From contig JBHLNW010000009.1 of assembly GCA_048941185.1 (NCBI GenBank), forward strand, positions 5,236-69,235: a stretch of DNA of 64,000 nucleotides, written 5' to 3'. Of this stretch, positions 16,817-26,770 are shown piece by piece (position 1 is the first letter of the stretch; each line of letters opens with the position of its first letter). Origin of the DNA: Promethearchaeota archaeon (lineage in GTDB: Archaea; Asgardarchaeota; Lokiarchaeia; Sigyniarchaeales; SOKP01). Made by a program: the position numbers and the translations under genes. The notes beneath the pieces were generated by a model. It saw only the letters and a program-made list of their open reading frames with translations, was not told the origin of the DNA and made no database searches.

Positions 16817-17107
16817 TTAAAACAGACTCCCAATACCTGTTGGCTCTTCTTCTTCGGTTTCTTCTTTCTTCTTCTTCTCTTCTTTCTTCTTTTCTACTGG
16901 AGCAGCTACTGGAGCTGTAGCTACAGGTATAGTGCTTGCGGATTTTATTATATCTTCAATCTTTGTTTGTTTTAAGCCCGCGATTAGTTTAGTAATTTCT
17001 GTTTTATCAACTTTTGCACCTGCAGCAGTTAATACCTTTTCTACGTTTGCTTCGGTAATTTTACCTCCAGCTTTGTGGAGTAATAAAGCTGCATAAATAC
17101 TTTCCAT
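16817..17107 (-). CDS. rpl12: ribosomal stalk protein P1 (aL12)
   Basis: MESIYAALLLHKAGGKITEANV..., an Ala/Pro hinge, an acidic KKEE tract and the C-terminal GIGSLF. Confidence 0.9.
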   Translation of the reverse strand: MESIYAALLLHKAGGKITEANVEKVLTAAGAKVDKTEITKLIAGLKQTKIEDIIKSASTIPVATAPVAAPVEKKKEEKKKKEETEEEEPTGIGSLF

Positions 17108-17183
17108 ATTATCTAACCTCTTTTTTATTTTTTTATCATTTTATCTGTAATTTTAATTTATATCTCAAAAAAATCTTAAATTT

Positions 17184-18083
17184 TTATCCAAATAATCCAC
17201 CAATTCCCACACTTTCTGAATCTTCTTCTTCTTTCTCTTTTGGTTCTTTTTCTTCTATTTTAGGTTTTTGTTCTTGTGTTGGAACCACGATTCCTTCTCC
17301 AAAAATTATAGAATTTAATAAATTAGCTTCAGAAGCCGCTTTTAGGATATAATCTTCTGTCATATCTTCTATGAAGAATGGCATCTCAAATAAAATTGCA
17401 TTTGCTTCTCTATATGCTTTGGCAAAATCTTGTTTAAATTTTGATATATCCATATATAAAATCTCTTCAGGTATAATTTCACCATCGCTCCAAGCAAAGT
17501 GAATTTTTATCAAAGATTCTATTGGCGTAATTCCTAATTTTTTTAATACTGCTGCTTGTTTGACTGTCACCAAATCACCAGTTTTATGTGTTCTTGTATC
17601 TTCTCGAATATGTATAGTATCATTCATAATTCTCGTAGGTAATTTTAGTGTCATATTCAATTCACTAATAACTTGTCCTGTGGGTAATCCTGTATCCCCA
17701 GCTGGAACCCAAATATCCACAGGGGTGATTTCATTTGGTTTTGCTGGAACCATCCACTCATTTTCTAAAAATATATTCTTTAATTCAAAAATATCAATAT
17801 TAGTAAAAACTAGGCTTGATTGACCTGGGATGTGTTTAGCTAATCGATCTAAATCTTTCTTTTTCGATTCAGTTTTAAATTGTTCTATTGCTCGAAGTTG
17901 AAGGGATCTTTTAGACATCCTGAATATTGCTTTTCCTCTCAAAATTTTTCGCATTGTTTGAATTTGCATATCATTAATATGGGCAACCTCAATAACAACT
18001 ATATTTTTGTAATTCTTAAATAAATCAACTAAGTTATTAATTTCGTCTAATTTCCATTGTGGTATATGTTTATTCTTAATCAC
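17184..18083 (-). CDS. rplP0: ribosomal stalk protein P0 (uL10)
   Basis: 299 aa. N-terminal IPQWKLDEINNLVDLF, an acidic tail and the C-terminal GIGGLFG stalk motif. It lies between L1 and P1. Confidence 0.9.
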   Translation of the reverse strand: MIKNKHIPQWKLDEINNLVDLFKNYKNIVVIEVAHINDMQIQTMRKILRGKAIFRMSKRSLQLRAIEQFKTESKKKDLDRLAKHIPGQSSLVFTNIDIFELKNIFLENEWMVPAKPNEITPVDIWVPAGDTGLPTGQVISELNMTLKLPTRIMNDTIHIREDTRTHKTGDLVTVKQAAVLKKLGITPIESLIKIHFAWSDGEIIPEEILYMDISKFKQDFAKAYREANAILFEMPFFIEDMTEDYILKAASEANLLNSIIFGEGIVVPTQEQKPKIEEKEPKEKEEEDSESVGIGGLFG

Positions 18084-18087
18084 AAGT

Positions 18088-18816
18088 CTACACCTCGATA
18101 GTTTTGAGGAATTCTTCTGTAATTTTTACAGGATTCCCCATTGTAGATTTAAGATACATAGATTTAAAATTGTTGAACTTATGTGGCATTTGATCTGCTA
18201 TAAAATTTACCACAGTCTTCATATTCTCAAATAGTTTTTCTTTATTCATAGATTTTTTACCAATCTTGGCGAATATTATAGGCTGTTTTTTCATTTGAAT
18301 TCTAATGATTTTTTTATATCTTTCATAGGCTGTTTTTAAATCATCAGGACTAGAAATAATCCCATATCCAGTAGGAAAAGGTTTTGGCATTTTACCAACT
18401 GGTCCAAGAAATCTTGCTAAATATCGAGCAACGTCTCTCATCATTTTATCTTCTACGACAAAATAATCATATTTTTTAGCAAATTTTTTCTTATATTTTT
18501 TTTCTTCATTATTTAGTTTGACTAAACCTTCTGAATCAAAGGTGTCAACCCCTAGTTTTTTTGCTTCCAGCAATATTTCATCAGATGCGATAACACAAAT
18601 ATTTGGATTACCATCCGTTATTATATCATTTGATAAGATAATTTCTTTATCGATTCGGTTTTTAGGGTCTTTTAAATCTACATCTTTTATATTAATTATA
18701 AGATCAATAGACTCATCAAATTTTCTTATCTTGTCTTTTAAGCCTTTTTTTTTTATCACTGAGAAATTAATAGCAGCATTTAATGATTTTCTTAACATTT
18801 TATCATCTACTTTCAA
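18088..18816 (-). CDS. rpl1: ribosomal protein uL1
   Basis: Conserved order L11-L1-P0-P1. Motifs FDESIDLIINIKDVDLKDP and LGPVGKMP. The real start may be the internal Met at 18798. Confidence 0.85.
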   Translation of the reverse strand: MKVDDKMLRKSLNAAINFSVIKKKGLKDKIRKFDESIDLIINIKDVDLKDPKNRIDKEIILSNDIITDGNPNICVIASDEILLEAKKLGVDTFDSEGLVKLNNEEKKYKKKFAKKYDYFVVEDKMMRDVARYLARFLGPVGKMPKPFPTGYGIISSPDDLKTAYERYKKIIRIQMKKQPIIFAKIGKKSMNKEKLFENMKTVVNFIADQMPHKFNNFKSMYLKSTMGNPVKITEEFLKTIEV

Positions 18817-18822
18817 ATTTTA

Positions 18823-19317
18823 TTATACACCTCTTAATTTATCGTCATATTCTCCATTATCAATTCGTTTTTGGATGATTCTTGGATCTTCTCCTTCAAC
18901 TGTTAATCCTATTGATAATGCCGTTCCTAAAACTGTTTTTACAGCTGCTTTATATGTCTTATCCAAAAATTTATCTCTTTTACCATCAACTACATTTTGA
19001 ATTTGTTCTAGAGATAAGTTCCCAATTTTTTGTTCTGCAGCTGCAGAGCTACCTTTTTCAGCACCGATTTCTTTAAGTAATAATGATGCAGTAGAAGGGG
19101 TTTCAATGAAAATTTGAAACTCTTTTGATTCTGGATCACATTCAATTCGAACAGGGACTGTTAATCCTTTAAAAACCATTGTCTGTTTGTTAATTTCATC
19201 AACAACATCCTTAATATTTATCCCCGTTGGGCCGACAGCAGGGCCAATTGGAGGCCCTCCACTAGCACTTCCCCCTGTTACCAATGCTTTAACCACTACT
19301 TTTCCTCTTGTACTCAT
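18823..19317 (-). CDS. rpl11: ribosomal protein uL11
   Basis: GGSASGGPPIGPAVGPTGINIKDVVDEINKQT is the uL11 signature; first gene of the stalk operon. Confidence 0.9.
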   Translation of the reverse strand: MSTRGKVVVKALVTGGSASGGPPIGPAVGPTGINIKDVVDEINKQTMVFKGLTVPVRIECDPESKEFQIFIETPSTASLLLKEIGAEKGSSAAAEQKIGNLSLEQIQNVVDGKRDKFLDKTYKAAVKTVLGTALSIGLTVEGEDPRIIQKRIDNGEYDDKLRGV

Positions 19318-19519
19318 ATTAGTTCTTTCTTTTTGTAATTTAGTTCTATTATACTTTTAAAAGGCTAAGGAACATAAAAATAAAGTTATTATTTAAATGT
19401 TTTATTATTTCAATATCTATGTTATATTGAAACCGTTTTATTATTACGTCCTAAGTCCTTTAAAAATTACTTGAACTTAGTAAGTTAAATAATTAAAGGA
19501 TGTTAAAAAATTTTATTAA

Positions 19520-19705
19520 TTAAAATCTACAACAAAGCCTACGCCCATGATCAAGATTGTATTTAAGATATTCCTCAGAAAGTATTTCCATAACTGTATC
19601 ATAATCTAAATTTACTTGCTTAGCAATATCTTCAATCTCAATTGCAGGTCTTGAGATTAATTCACATATTTTTTTCTTTACTTCTTCGCTTACTTTTATA
19701 CTCAT
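19520..19705 (-). CDS. small hypothetical protein (61 aa), possible helix-turn-helix
   Basis: ORF only. KICELISRPAIEIEDIAKQVNLDYDTVMEILSE resembles a minimal wHTH. Confidence 0.35.
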   Translation of the reverse strand: MSIKVSEEVKKKICELISRPAIEIEDIAKQVNLDYDTVMEILSEEYLKYNLDHGRRLCCRF

Positions 19706-20037
19706 TGTGATTAATTAATAGTTATTATTAAAAAACTTTAACTAACAAATTTAATCATTTCATCAATAATTTTATAATTTGATTATATTAAATCTGCAGC
19801 ATATGTTTCAGTAGCAACTTTTGGCTTGGCATATAACAACTACAATTATTTCTTTATGAGAAGAAATCATATCTGAAAAAAAATTATACAATATACTGAT
19901 TCAGAAGCTATTAATACATTTTTTGGCATTATCTTTCTGTTGGCTTCTGATCTTAATTATGAAATTTCTTCTTTATATAAATTCTGATAATAAAATTAAA
20001 TTAAGATTAAAAAGATTATAATAATTTTTACTTAAAA

Positions 20038-20733
20038 TTAGTCTTCCAGAATTACTTCATGAGTAATTTTTCCAATTTGTTCTATGGATGCTTCAACAAT
20101 ATCTCCTGGTTGTATTGGTCCTACTCCACTGGGTGTACCTGTTGCTATAATGTCTCCAGGGACTAATGTGACAAACTTAGATAGATAAGCTAATGTTTCT
20201 GGAACTTTAAAAATCATATATTTGGTGTTTGAATGTTGATGAACATCTCCATTTATCTTTAATTGAATATCTAAATTATGAGGATCCGCAATCTCTATAC
20301 GGTGAGCTATTCTTGGGCCAATAGGACCAAAAGTATCGAAATTTTTGCTTCTATACCATGGTAAATTACTATTTCTATCACTTATCTGCATTTTTCTGGC
20401 AGTAATATCAAGAAAAATAGTATATCCTTCGATATAGCCATAAGCGTTTTTAGCTTGAATATTTTTACAATTCTGAGAAATTATAAATGCTAACTCTACT
20501 TCATAATCCACCTGATTATATTCTTTATTATTATATAGTGCTTTAGGGTAAATTATAGGCTTATTATTAGTTACCAAAGTATTTAATGTCTTTACAAAAA
20601 ATATAGGTTCTTTTGGAATCAGTGCTTTCATTTCCTTTGCATGTTCTTCATAATTTCTTCCTAAACATATAATTTTTGTTGGACTTATCTTATGATCTCC
20701 AAGCTTCATACTCTTTCTCTTTTTTAAGTACAA
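20038..20733 (-). CDS. fumarylacetoacetate hydrolase (FAH) family protein
   Basis: KIICLGRNYEEHAKEM, YEVELAFIIS, SKNFDTFGPIGP and GDIIATGTPSGVGP are typical FAH-family blocks. Confidence 0.8.
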   Translation of the reverse strand: MYLKKRKSMKLGDHKISPTKIICLGRNYEEHAKEMKALIPKEPIFFVKTLNTLVTNNKPIIYPKALYNNKEYNQVDYEVELAFIISQNCKNIQAKNAYGYIEGYTIFLDITARKMQISDRNSNLPWYRSKNFDTFGPIGPRIAHRIEIADPHNLDIQLKINGDVHQHSNTKYMIFKVPETLAYLSKFVTLVPGDIIATGTPSGVGPIQPGDIVEASIEQIGKITHEVILED

Positions 20734-20835
20734 GTCTTAAATTAATTTAAAATATGATTAAACTTTAAAGAAATTTATCCTTCAGATTATTGTAACTTAA
20801 ATGGAAATATAGAAATTTTAAAGAATCAAGAAGAA

Positions 20836-21405
20836 ATGAATGAAATAAATTCCGATATGAAATCAGATGAGAAAAAAGGGAAATCGTTAATTCAAACTAA
20901 TCTTACTAAACGAGTAGCAACATCTGCTATTTTCATGGCTGTTGGGATTGTATTAGCCCTCTTCAACCCTTTTGCGTTTGTTGAATTATTAGGAGGTCCT
21001 AGAATTTTTCCTATGGCTCATTTTATTAATGGAATGACTGGAGTTCTAATAGGTCTATCATTTGCCTGTACGACCTCGCTAGGCATCGCTATTTTTAGAT
21101 ATCCTTTAGGTATTGGCTCAATACATGCTTTTCACGGAGGAATATCAGGTGCTTTTGTAGTTGGAATCACTGCTTATATTTTAAGGAAAAAAAAACCCAA
21201 ATATGTAGAATATGCAGCCTTAACAGATCCAATAGGTACTGTATTTATTGCTGCAACAATTGCTAATTTTATTTCCCCAATTACTCTATTCTATTGGTGG
21301 GGCCTATTTGCTGCTGCTAGTATACCTGGATGTATTTTAGGTTTTGTAATGTTAAAACTATTAAAACATCAAGGATTTTCTTGGAGGGATTTCTTTCAAA
21401 ATTAA
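20836..21405 (+). CDS. membrane protein, ECF-type S-component-like (ThiW-like guess)
   Basis: 189 aa with 5-6 TM helices. Gly/His-rich inter-helix segments (FPMAHFINGMTGVLIG, IHAFHGGISGAFVVG) are reminiscent of ThiW-type substrate-capture proteins; weak. Confidence 0.35.
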   Translation: MNEINSDMKSDEKKGKSLIQTNLTKRVATSAIFMAVGIVLALFNPFAFVELLGGPRIFPMAHFINGMTGVLIGLSFACTTSLGIAIFRYPLGIGSIHAFHGGISGAFVVGITAYILRKKKPKYVEYAALTDPIGTVFIAATIANFISPITLFYWWGLFAAASIPGCILGFVMLKLLKHQGFSWRDFFQN

Positions 21406-21417
21406 GCTTATTGACTT

Positions 21418-22005
21418 ATGATGTCTCAAAGAGATATTAGCTTCGAAAATTGTATTGGCAAGCACACCCTATTATATGGAGAAACTGATACAAAAAAGAC
21501 TTATTACACAGCCAAATTTGTCCAATTTCTTATAAATGTAAAAAATTTCAATCCAAAGGAAATTAGTATTTTAGATTTTGCCCCACCAAAAGAATCTATT
21601 AACAATGTTAAAATTGGAGGTAAAATCATAGACTTCTTTGAAAACAGTGTTAACTGCAATAATATTTACTTCAAAGGAAATATTATTCCACCACGCCTTA
21701 AAGCTAGAAATAGAAAAGAACTCTATGAGAATGCATGTAAAAATTATAAAAAAACCTATAAAATATTAAAAATATTTAACGATAATCCAACTGAAATATT
21801 AATTGTTAACGATATTTCCATTTATCTTCATATAGGTAATAAAAAATTATTAATAGACTCAATTAGAAATTCAAATACTTTTTTTGGAAACACTTATTAT
21901 GGTTCTTCAATAAAAAGTGATTTTACTACTCATTTTAGTTTAAGAGAAAGACGATTAGTTGAATATTTAACAAAAAAAATGGATTATTGTTATGCTACAG
22001 GGTAG
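21418..22005 (+). CDS. P-loop NTPase-like protein with degenerate Walker A
   Basis: LLYGETDTKKTYYTAKF occupies the GxxxxGKT position with Gly replaced by Lys. ILDFAPP and ILIVNDISIY resemble the following strands of GPN-loop/KaiC-like NTPases. Confidence 0.4.
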   Translation: MMSQRDISFENCIGKHTLLYGETDTKKTYYTAKFVQFLINVKNFNPKEISILDFAPPKESINNVKIGGKIIDFFENSVNCNNIYFKGNIIPPRLKARNRKELYENACKNYKKTYKILKIFNDNPTEILIVNDISIYLHIGNKKLLIDSIRNSNTFFGNTYYGSSIKSDFTTHFSLRERRLVEYLTKKMDYCYATG

Positions 22006-22094
22006 AAATATTAATTTCATTTAAGTCAAAATAATTTTAACTAATGCTCAATTTATTAATCTACAAAAAAAAACATAAATTTTTAAAGATTAAC

Positions 22095-22739
22095 ATGAAA
22101 AAATTAATACTGTTTGGTCCCCCAGGCGCGGGAAAAGGCACATTTTCTGGCCAGATAAAAAAAGTGGTACCAGAAATCATTCATATAAGTACTGGAGATA
22201 TTTTTCGAGAAAATTTAAAAAACGAAACACCTTTAGGATTAAAAGCAAAAAGTTTTATGAATAAAGGAGAATTAGTCCCTGATGATATAACTATTGAAAT
22301 GGTTAGAAATAGATTAAATAAAGATGACGTTAAGCAAAATGGATTCATTCTTGATGGATTTCCTCGAACATTGGTTCAAGCAGAAGCGTTAACAGATATA
22401 ACCGAAATTGACTTACTTCTATTATTACAAGTTTCAAGAGATATTATCTTTAAACGAATATCAGGCAGATATGGATGTAATAGTTGTGGGGAAATATATA
22501 ATAAATATACACTCCCCCCAAAGGTTGAAGGAATTTGTGATAAATGTGGTGCTGAAATAAAATTTGAACAAAGAGGTGATGATAATGAAGAAACTTTAAA
22601 GAGTAGATTAGATGCTTACGAAAAAAATGCTAAACCTCTCATTAAATATTATAAGAAAAGAGGAAAACTGAAAATAGTTGATGCGACAGATACTTTGAGT
22701 TTTACAAAAGATGATATAAAAAAAATTATCGAAATTTAA
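22095..22739 (+). CDS. adk: adenylate kinase, bacterial/eukaryotic type with Zn-binding lid
   Basis: MKKLILFGPPGAGKGTF P-loop, GELVPDD, ILDGFPRT, and the lid CNSCGEIY...CDKCG. The ORF track starts 17 codons upstream at 22044. Confidence 0.9.
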   Translation: MKKLILFGPPGAGKGTFSGQIKKVVPEIIHISTGDIFRENLKNETPLGLKAKSFMNKGELVPDDITIEMVRNRLNKDDVKQNGFILDGFPRTLVQAEALTDITEIDLLLLLQVSRDIIFKRISGRYGCNSCGEIYNKYTLPPKVEGICDKCGAEIKFEQRGDDNEETLKSRLDAYEKNAKPLIKYYKKRGKLKIVDATDTLSFTKDDIKKIIEI

Positions 22740-22766
22740 AATTTCTTCTATTATTTATTCTGAATT

Positions 22767-23513
22767 ATGAAATATAATCTATGTGTTCCAGTTCCAATTA
22801 GATATGCAAATATAGAAGAAGTTAAATCCATAATTGAAAAAGTCAATAAAGCAAAACCTAATCTAATTGAATTCAGATTTGATTATCTCTCTAATTATAA
22901 AAATCTTTCATTGGAATTTATAAGAAATTTAATGGATATCATTTCTCCTTATGCTGCCACAATCTTTACATTCAGAAAATCAACTGAAGGAGGAAGAATT
23001 CACATAAAAGAAGATGAGCGTATTAAAATTTATAAAATGTTTTTAGATGCTAAACCTGATTATATTGATCTTGAACTGAATATCGATAATGAAATTATAG
23101 ATGAAATTATCAATTTAGCATATGAAAATGGTGTGAAAATGATTTTTTCTTACCATAATTTTGAAAGAACACTATCTTTTAATGAAGCAACAAATTTATT
23201 AGAACAATTCACTAAGAAATTGATTCAAGAATTAACCTTAAATCCAAAAATACTTGAAGGAACCATCAAAAAAATGATTTTCACAGCTCAAAGTTTTGAA
23301 GATAATTTAATTCCTTTAAGACTTTGTAGACAATTCTCAAGCTCTAATCAAAGAATTATATCATTCTGTATGGGACCATTGGGTATTTTTTCTAGAATTA
23401 ATTGTATTATTGCTGGATCTTATCTAACATATGCATTCTTAGAAGAAGAGACAGCGCAAGGCCAAATTAATATTGAAAAAATGAGAGAAATATATGATTT
23501 AATTCTAGATTAA
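22767..23513 (+). CDS. aroD: 3-dehydroquinate dehydratase, type I
   Basis: LIEFRFDYL (E-x-R-x-D), IFTFRKSTEGG, YIDLEL and SYHNFE blocks are typical of AroD type I. Confidence 0.8.
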   Translation: MKYNLCVPVPIRYANIEEVKSIIEKVNKAKPNLIEFRFDYLSNYKNLSLEFIRNLMDIISPYAATIFTFRKSTEGGRIHIKEDERIKIYKMFLDAKPDYIDLELNIDNEIIDEIINLAYENGVKMIFSYHNFERTLSFNEATNLLEQFTKKLIQELTLNPKILEGTIKKMIFTAQSFEDNLIPLRLCRQFSSSNQRIISFCMGPLGIFSRINCIIAGSYLTYAFLEEETAQGQINIEKMREIYDLILD

Positions 23514-23582
23514 CTCTAAATTTTTGATGTATCAAAATACGAATTATGAAGATTAAAAAAAGTGGAATTGTTAATTTATTAT

Positions 23583-24788
23583 ATGGTTGTTCATTTTGCC
23601 TTTTTATTCCATATTTATCAACCTCCAGTTCAAATCCCTTTAGTTATCAAACAAATTGTAAATGAATCTTACAAACCAATAATTGAAGCTTTAAAAGAGA
23701 ATCCAGAAGCAAAAATCACTCTTAACATTAATGGAACTTTAACTGAACAATTACACGATTTTGGATATGATGATTTGATTGGAGAAATTATAGCATTAGC
23801 ATCTAAAGGACAGATAGAATTTACTGGTTCTGGAAAATTTCATCCTCTACTTCCTTTAATACCTGAACCTGAAGTAAAAAGGCAAATAAAACTAAATAAT
23901 GATACAAATCAACATTTTTTTGGGAAAATTTATAGTCCTCGTGGATTTTTTCCTCCAGAAATGGCTGTATCTGGAGAAGTTTTTAAAACTGTGAAAAAAT
24001 CTGGTTTTGATTGGATAATTATGAGTGGGATTGCGAATACTTTACCAGAATTTCCGACAAACTATGTCTCTGTGCATCCAAATGGACTTAGATTGTTGTT
24101 TAGAGATGACTATATATCAATTGATTGTGCTTTTGATAAGATTAATAATGTTGAATCATTTATCAAACGTTTATATTACAAGCATACAGCTGAAGATTAT
24201 TATGTTATTTTAGCAATGGATGGCGAAACTTTTGGACACCACGTTAAGCATGCTATAAATAACTTTTTAATCCCATTGTTTCAAATAATTCCCCATAGAA
24301 CTGACGTAAAAATATGTACAGTATCAGAAATTGTTGATAAGTTTCCTAAAGGCTTCACCCAAATCCCACGAGATTCAAGTTGGTCAACAATGCCATATGA
24401 CATTGCTACTGATGTTCCTTTCCCTTTGTGGTTCGACCCTCAAAATGAAATACATATAGAACAACACAGATTTTTTATGTATGCTCTAACAATGATTCAT
24501 CTGTCTGCTAAATATCGTGATGGCATGGATGATGAGAAAAAAAGAATTTTTGATAATGCTAGGAATTTATTAGATAGGGGAATTCATAGCTGTCAGCAAT
24601 GGTGGGCTTCACAACGCCCTTGGTATTCTCCTGACATGATATTGCGTGGATTAAATGAAGTATTAATGGCAAGTGTCAATGCTAAGCGTAGTATTCCGGA
24701 GAATATACCAGATATTAAAGAAGCTATGGATTTAATTATGAAGGATATGTTAAAAGCTCAAAATAAAATTGTTTTGTCTTTACTTTAA
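23583..24788 (+). CDS. glycoside hydrolase family 57-like protein
   Basis: N-terminal FAFLFHIYQPP, NINGTLTEQL, the PPEMAVS region and AMDGETFGHH resemble GH57 catalytic-domain blocks. Confidence 0.6.
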   Translation: MVVHFAFLFHIYQPPVQIPLVIKQIVNESYKPIIEALKENPEAKITLNINGTLTEQLHDFGYDDLIGEIIALASKGQIEFTGSGKFHPLLPLIPEPEVKRQIKLNNDTNQHFFGKIYSPRGFFPPEMAVSGEVFKTVKKSGFDWIIMSGIANTLPEFPTNYVSVHPNGLRLLFRDDYISIDCAFDKINNVESFIKRLYYKHTAEDYYVILAMDGETFGHHVKHAINNFLIPLFQIIPHRTDVKICTVSEIVDKFPKGFTQIPRDSSWSTMPYDIATDVPFPLWFDPQNEIHIEQHRFFMYALTMIHLSAKYRDGMDDEKKRIFDNARNLLDRGIHSCQQWWASQRPWYSPDMILRGLNEVLMASVNAKRSIPENIPDIKEAMDLIMKDMLKAQNKIVLSLL

Positions 24789-24980
24789 TATTTATAAAAA
24801 TGAAATTAGTTAAAAAATGAAAGTTCTCAAATTGGTATAATTTGGTAAAAATTAAGAGAGTTATCCAATAAACTTATTCCTAGAAATTTTTTTAAAACTA
24901 TAAATAGATTTGAAGTTAAGATAAGTATAACGAAATTATAATATAAACAGAAACAATAGCTATTTTAAGAAGTGATTTTA

Positions 24981-26363
24981 ATGACGGAAATTCCAAAATT
25001 GAAATTTTCTGAGGCGATAACAACAAAAAGAATGTTTTTTTTTTCATTCCAAAGTATCATTAGTGGGTTTTTATTTGGAATGTGGGGTCAAATTCAATAT
25101 TTTGCTGCATCAGTTCTTTTAATTCCAGCAGTATTTATTCCTTTAATTTATTTAGTCTATTCCATTGTAGATGCTGTCAATGATCCAATAATAGGCTATC
25201 TAGCAGATAAATCTAAGAGATTCACCTCAAAATACGGTAAGCGTTTTATATGGATTATGGTTGGAGTAGGAATTGGACCAATTATACTGGTTTTTAATTT
25301 TATCCAAATTTCATCATCAACAACTATCTCAGTGATTTGGTTAATGATAATGATGGGCGTTTATGAAACGTTTATGACTTCATTTGAAATTAATCATAAC
25401 GCATTATTTCCAGATCTATTCAGAGTAGCTAAAGATAGGCGGAAACTGACAATAATAGGAGCGATTTTAGGAGGTAGTATTACTATTTTAATAGGAGGCT
25501 TGGTGCCATCCTTAATTAATTTTACAGGATATTTTACAACTGTTATAATAATAAGCATTATTACTTATATTTGTGTAATCCCTTATAGTCTTGGTATACG
25601 TGAACCTACCGAGATGAGGATTTTTCGAGCAGAATTGGATAAAACTGAAAGAGGAACCTCCCCAGTAAGAGAAATTGTTAAACGAGTGTTTAAGGATAAG
25701 AATTGGATGGCAATCACTATCGCAGTTTTTTGTTGGTCTATTGCCGGAGCTTGTTGGTTATATGGACTTAACTTTTTTGTAACGCATAATTTAGGTTTAG
25801 AAATTGGCTCTACTGCTATTCCATTAATTATGGTAAACCTAATTGGTATTTTATCTGCTCCTATTTGGACTTGGATTGCTAAAAAAATCGGTGTTAGGAG
25901 AGCATATATTATAGGAATGATATGTGTAATAATTACCGATTTTGCTTTTATCTTTGCGACAAATATATTAGATGTTATTATTCTATTTACTCTTGCAGGT
26001 TTTGGTTATGGTGCGACCTTCGGAGTAATCACTAGACTATTAGAAGCACAAGGTATCGATAATGCTGCTATAAATTCAGGAAAACGGGAAGAAGGAAGCT
26101 ATATGGGAATTTTAAGAATATTTACAGCGTTTTCTTACTTTTTCCAAACTATAATCTTTTCCATAGTATCTGGAATAACAAGATATAATGCTGCTCTTGG
26201 AATAGGGAATAGTGATTTCGCAAAATTTGGCTTGAAATTTCAAATGTCAATTATCCCAATGATAATTCTATTGATTGGTACTCTCATTTTCATATTCATG
26301 TACAAAATATCCAAAGAGGATGCAATAGCAAATAAAATTAAATTAGAGGAAATGAATCTTTAA
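24981..26363 (+). CDS. MFS transporter, glycoside-pentoside-hexuronide (GPH) family-like
   Basis: About 12 TM segments. DAVNDPIIGYLADKS is the GPH/MelB-type signature after TM2. Confidence 0.7.
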   Translation: MTEIPKLKFSEAITTKRMFFFSFQSIISGFLFGMWGQIQYFAASVLLIPAVFIPLIYLVYSIVDAVNDPIIGYLADKSKRFTSKYGKRFIWIMVGVGIGPIILVFNFIQISSSTTISVIWLMIMMGVYETFMTSFEINHNALFPDLFRVAKDRRKLTIIGAILGGSITILIGGLVPSLINFTGYFTTVIIISIITYICVIPYSLGIREPTEMRIFRAELDKTERGTSPVREIVKRVFKDKNWMAITIAVFCWSIAGACWLYGLNFFVTHNLGLEIGSTAIPLIMVNLIGILSAPIWTWIAKKIGVRRAYIIGMICVIITDFAFIFATNILDVIILFTLAGFGYGATFGVITRLLEAQGIDNAAINSGKREEGSYMGILRIFTAFSYFFQTIIFSIVSGITRYNAALGIGNSDFAKFGLKFQMSIIPMIILLIGTLIFIFMYKISKEDAIANKIKLEEMNL

Positions 26364-26412
26364 CATTATTTTTTTTTTATTAACTCTTTAAGACAATTCT
26401 TCAAATTAAAAC

Positions 26413-26434
26413 AATGGATTAGTTTTAATCCATT
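26413..26434. terminator. 9-bp perfect hairpin between convergent genes
   Basis: AATGGATTA-gttt-TAATCCATT followed by attttc, 50 nt after the MFS stop codon. Function as a terminator is a guess. Confidence 0.25.
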
Positions 26435-26570
26435 ATTTTCTCAGTGATAATATGAACTTTAGAACTTAATGTTTAGTTAGTTATGGGCAATCATAATGAG
26501 TCATAAGCAATCATTTGGAATCACGACATTTTTTGATTAAAAAAAATAGGAAAATAAAAAAGAAAGGAAA

Positions 26571-26770
26571 TTAGTTTTTTTTAAAGACGTTCCCACAATT
26601 TCCACATTTGGTATTTCGACTAAAGACTGGAGTGCCCTGCTTCAGCGGTATGCTGAAAAAGCTTTACCTATACTGTAATAAAGCACGTTATTCCTGTCTG
26701 CTTCCTCATGAAGTTTACGTGGATTCTCATTACCACATTGGGGACATTTAACTCTTTTGAATTCTGTCAT
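26571..26770 (-). pseudogene. small four-Cys zinc-ribbon protein interrupted by a frameshift at a homopolymer
   Basis: MTEFKRVKCPQCGNENPRKLHEEADRNNVLYYSIGKAF stops at TGA (26642-44). The -1 frame continues FSIPLKQGTPVFSRNTKCGNCGNVFKKN* and supplies the second CxxC. The two frames overlap only across a 9-nt window holding the T5 run (A5 on the plus strand, 26656-26660). Confidence 0.55.

Noticed and set aside
18518-19000. 160-aa plus-strand ORF, along with 18882-19076 and 17560-17823, overlapping uL1/uL11/P0
   Set aside because: These are antisense to unmistakable ribosomal protein genes and have low-complexity Ser/Phe/Ile composition.
19850-19960. Possible C/D-box sRNA or structured RNA in the 332-nt gap upstream of the FAH gene (ATGAGA...CTGA; 8-bp inverted repeat TCAGAAGC/GCTTCTGA)
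   Set aside because: The boxes deviate from RUGAUGA/CUGA spacing rules, no terminal stem or K-turn arrangement could be drawn, and short inverted repeats are expected by chance in AT-rich DNA.
26650-26665. Programmed -1 ribosomal frameshift in the zinc-ribbon gene
   Set aside because: No X-XXY-YYZ slippery heptamer exists in the zero frame, and no obvious downstream pseudoknot was seen. A homopolymer indel is the simpler explanation.
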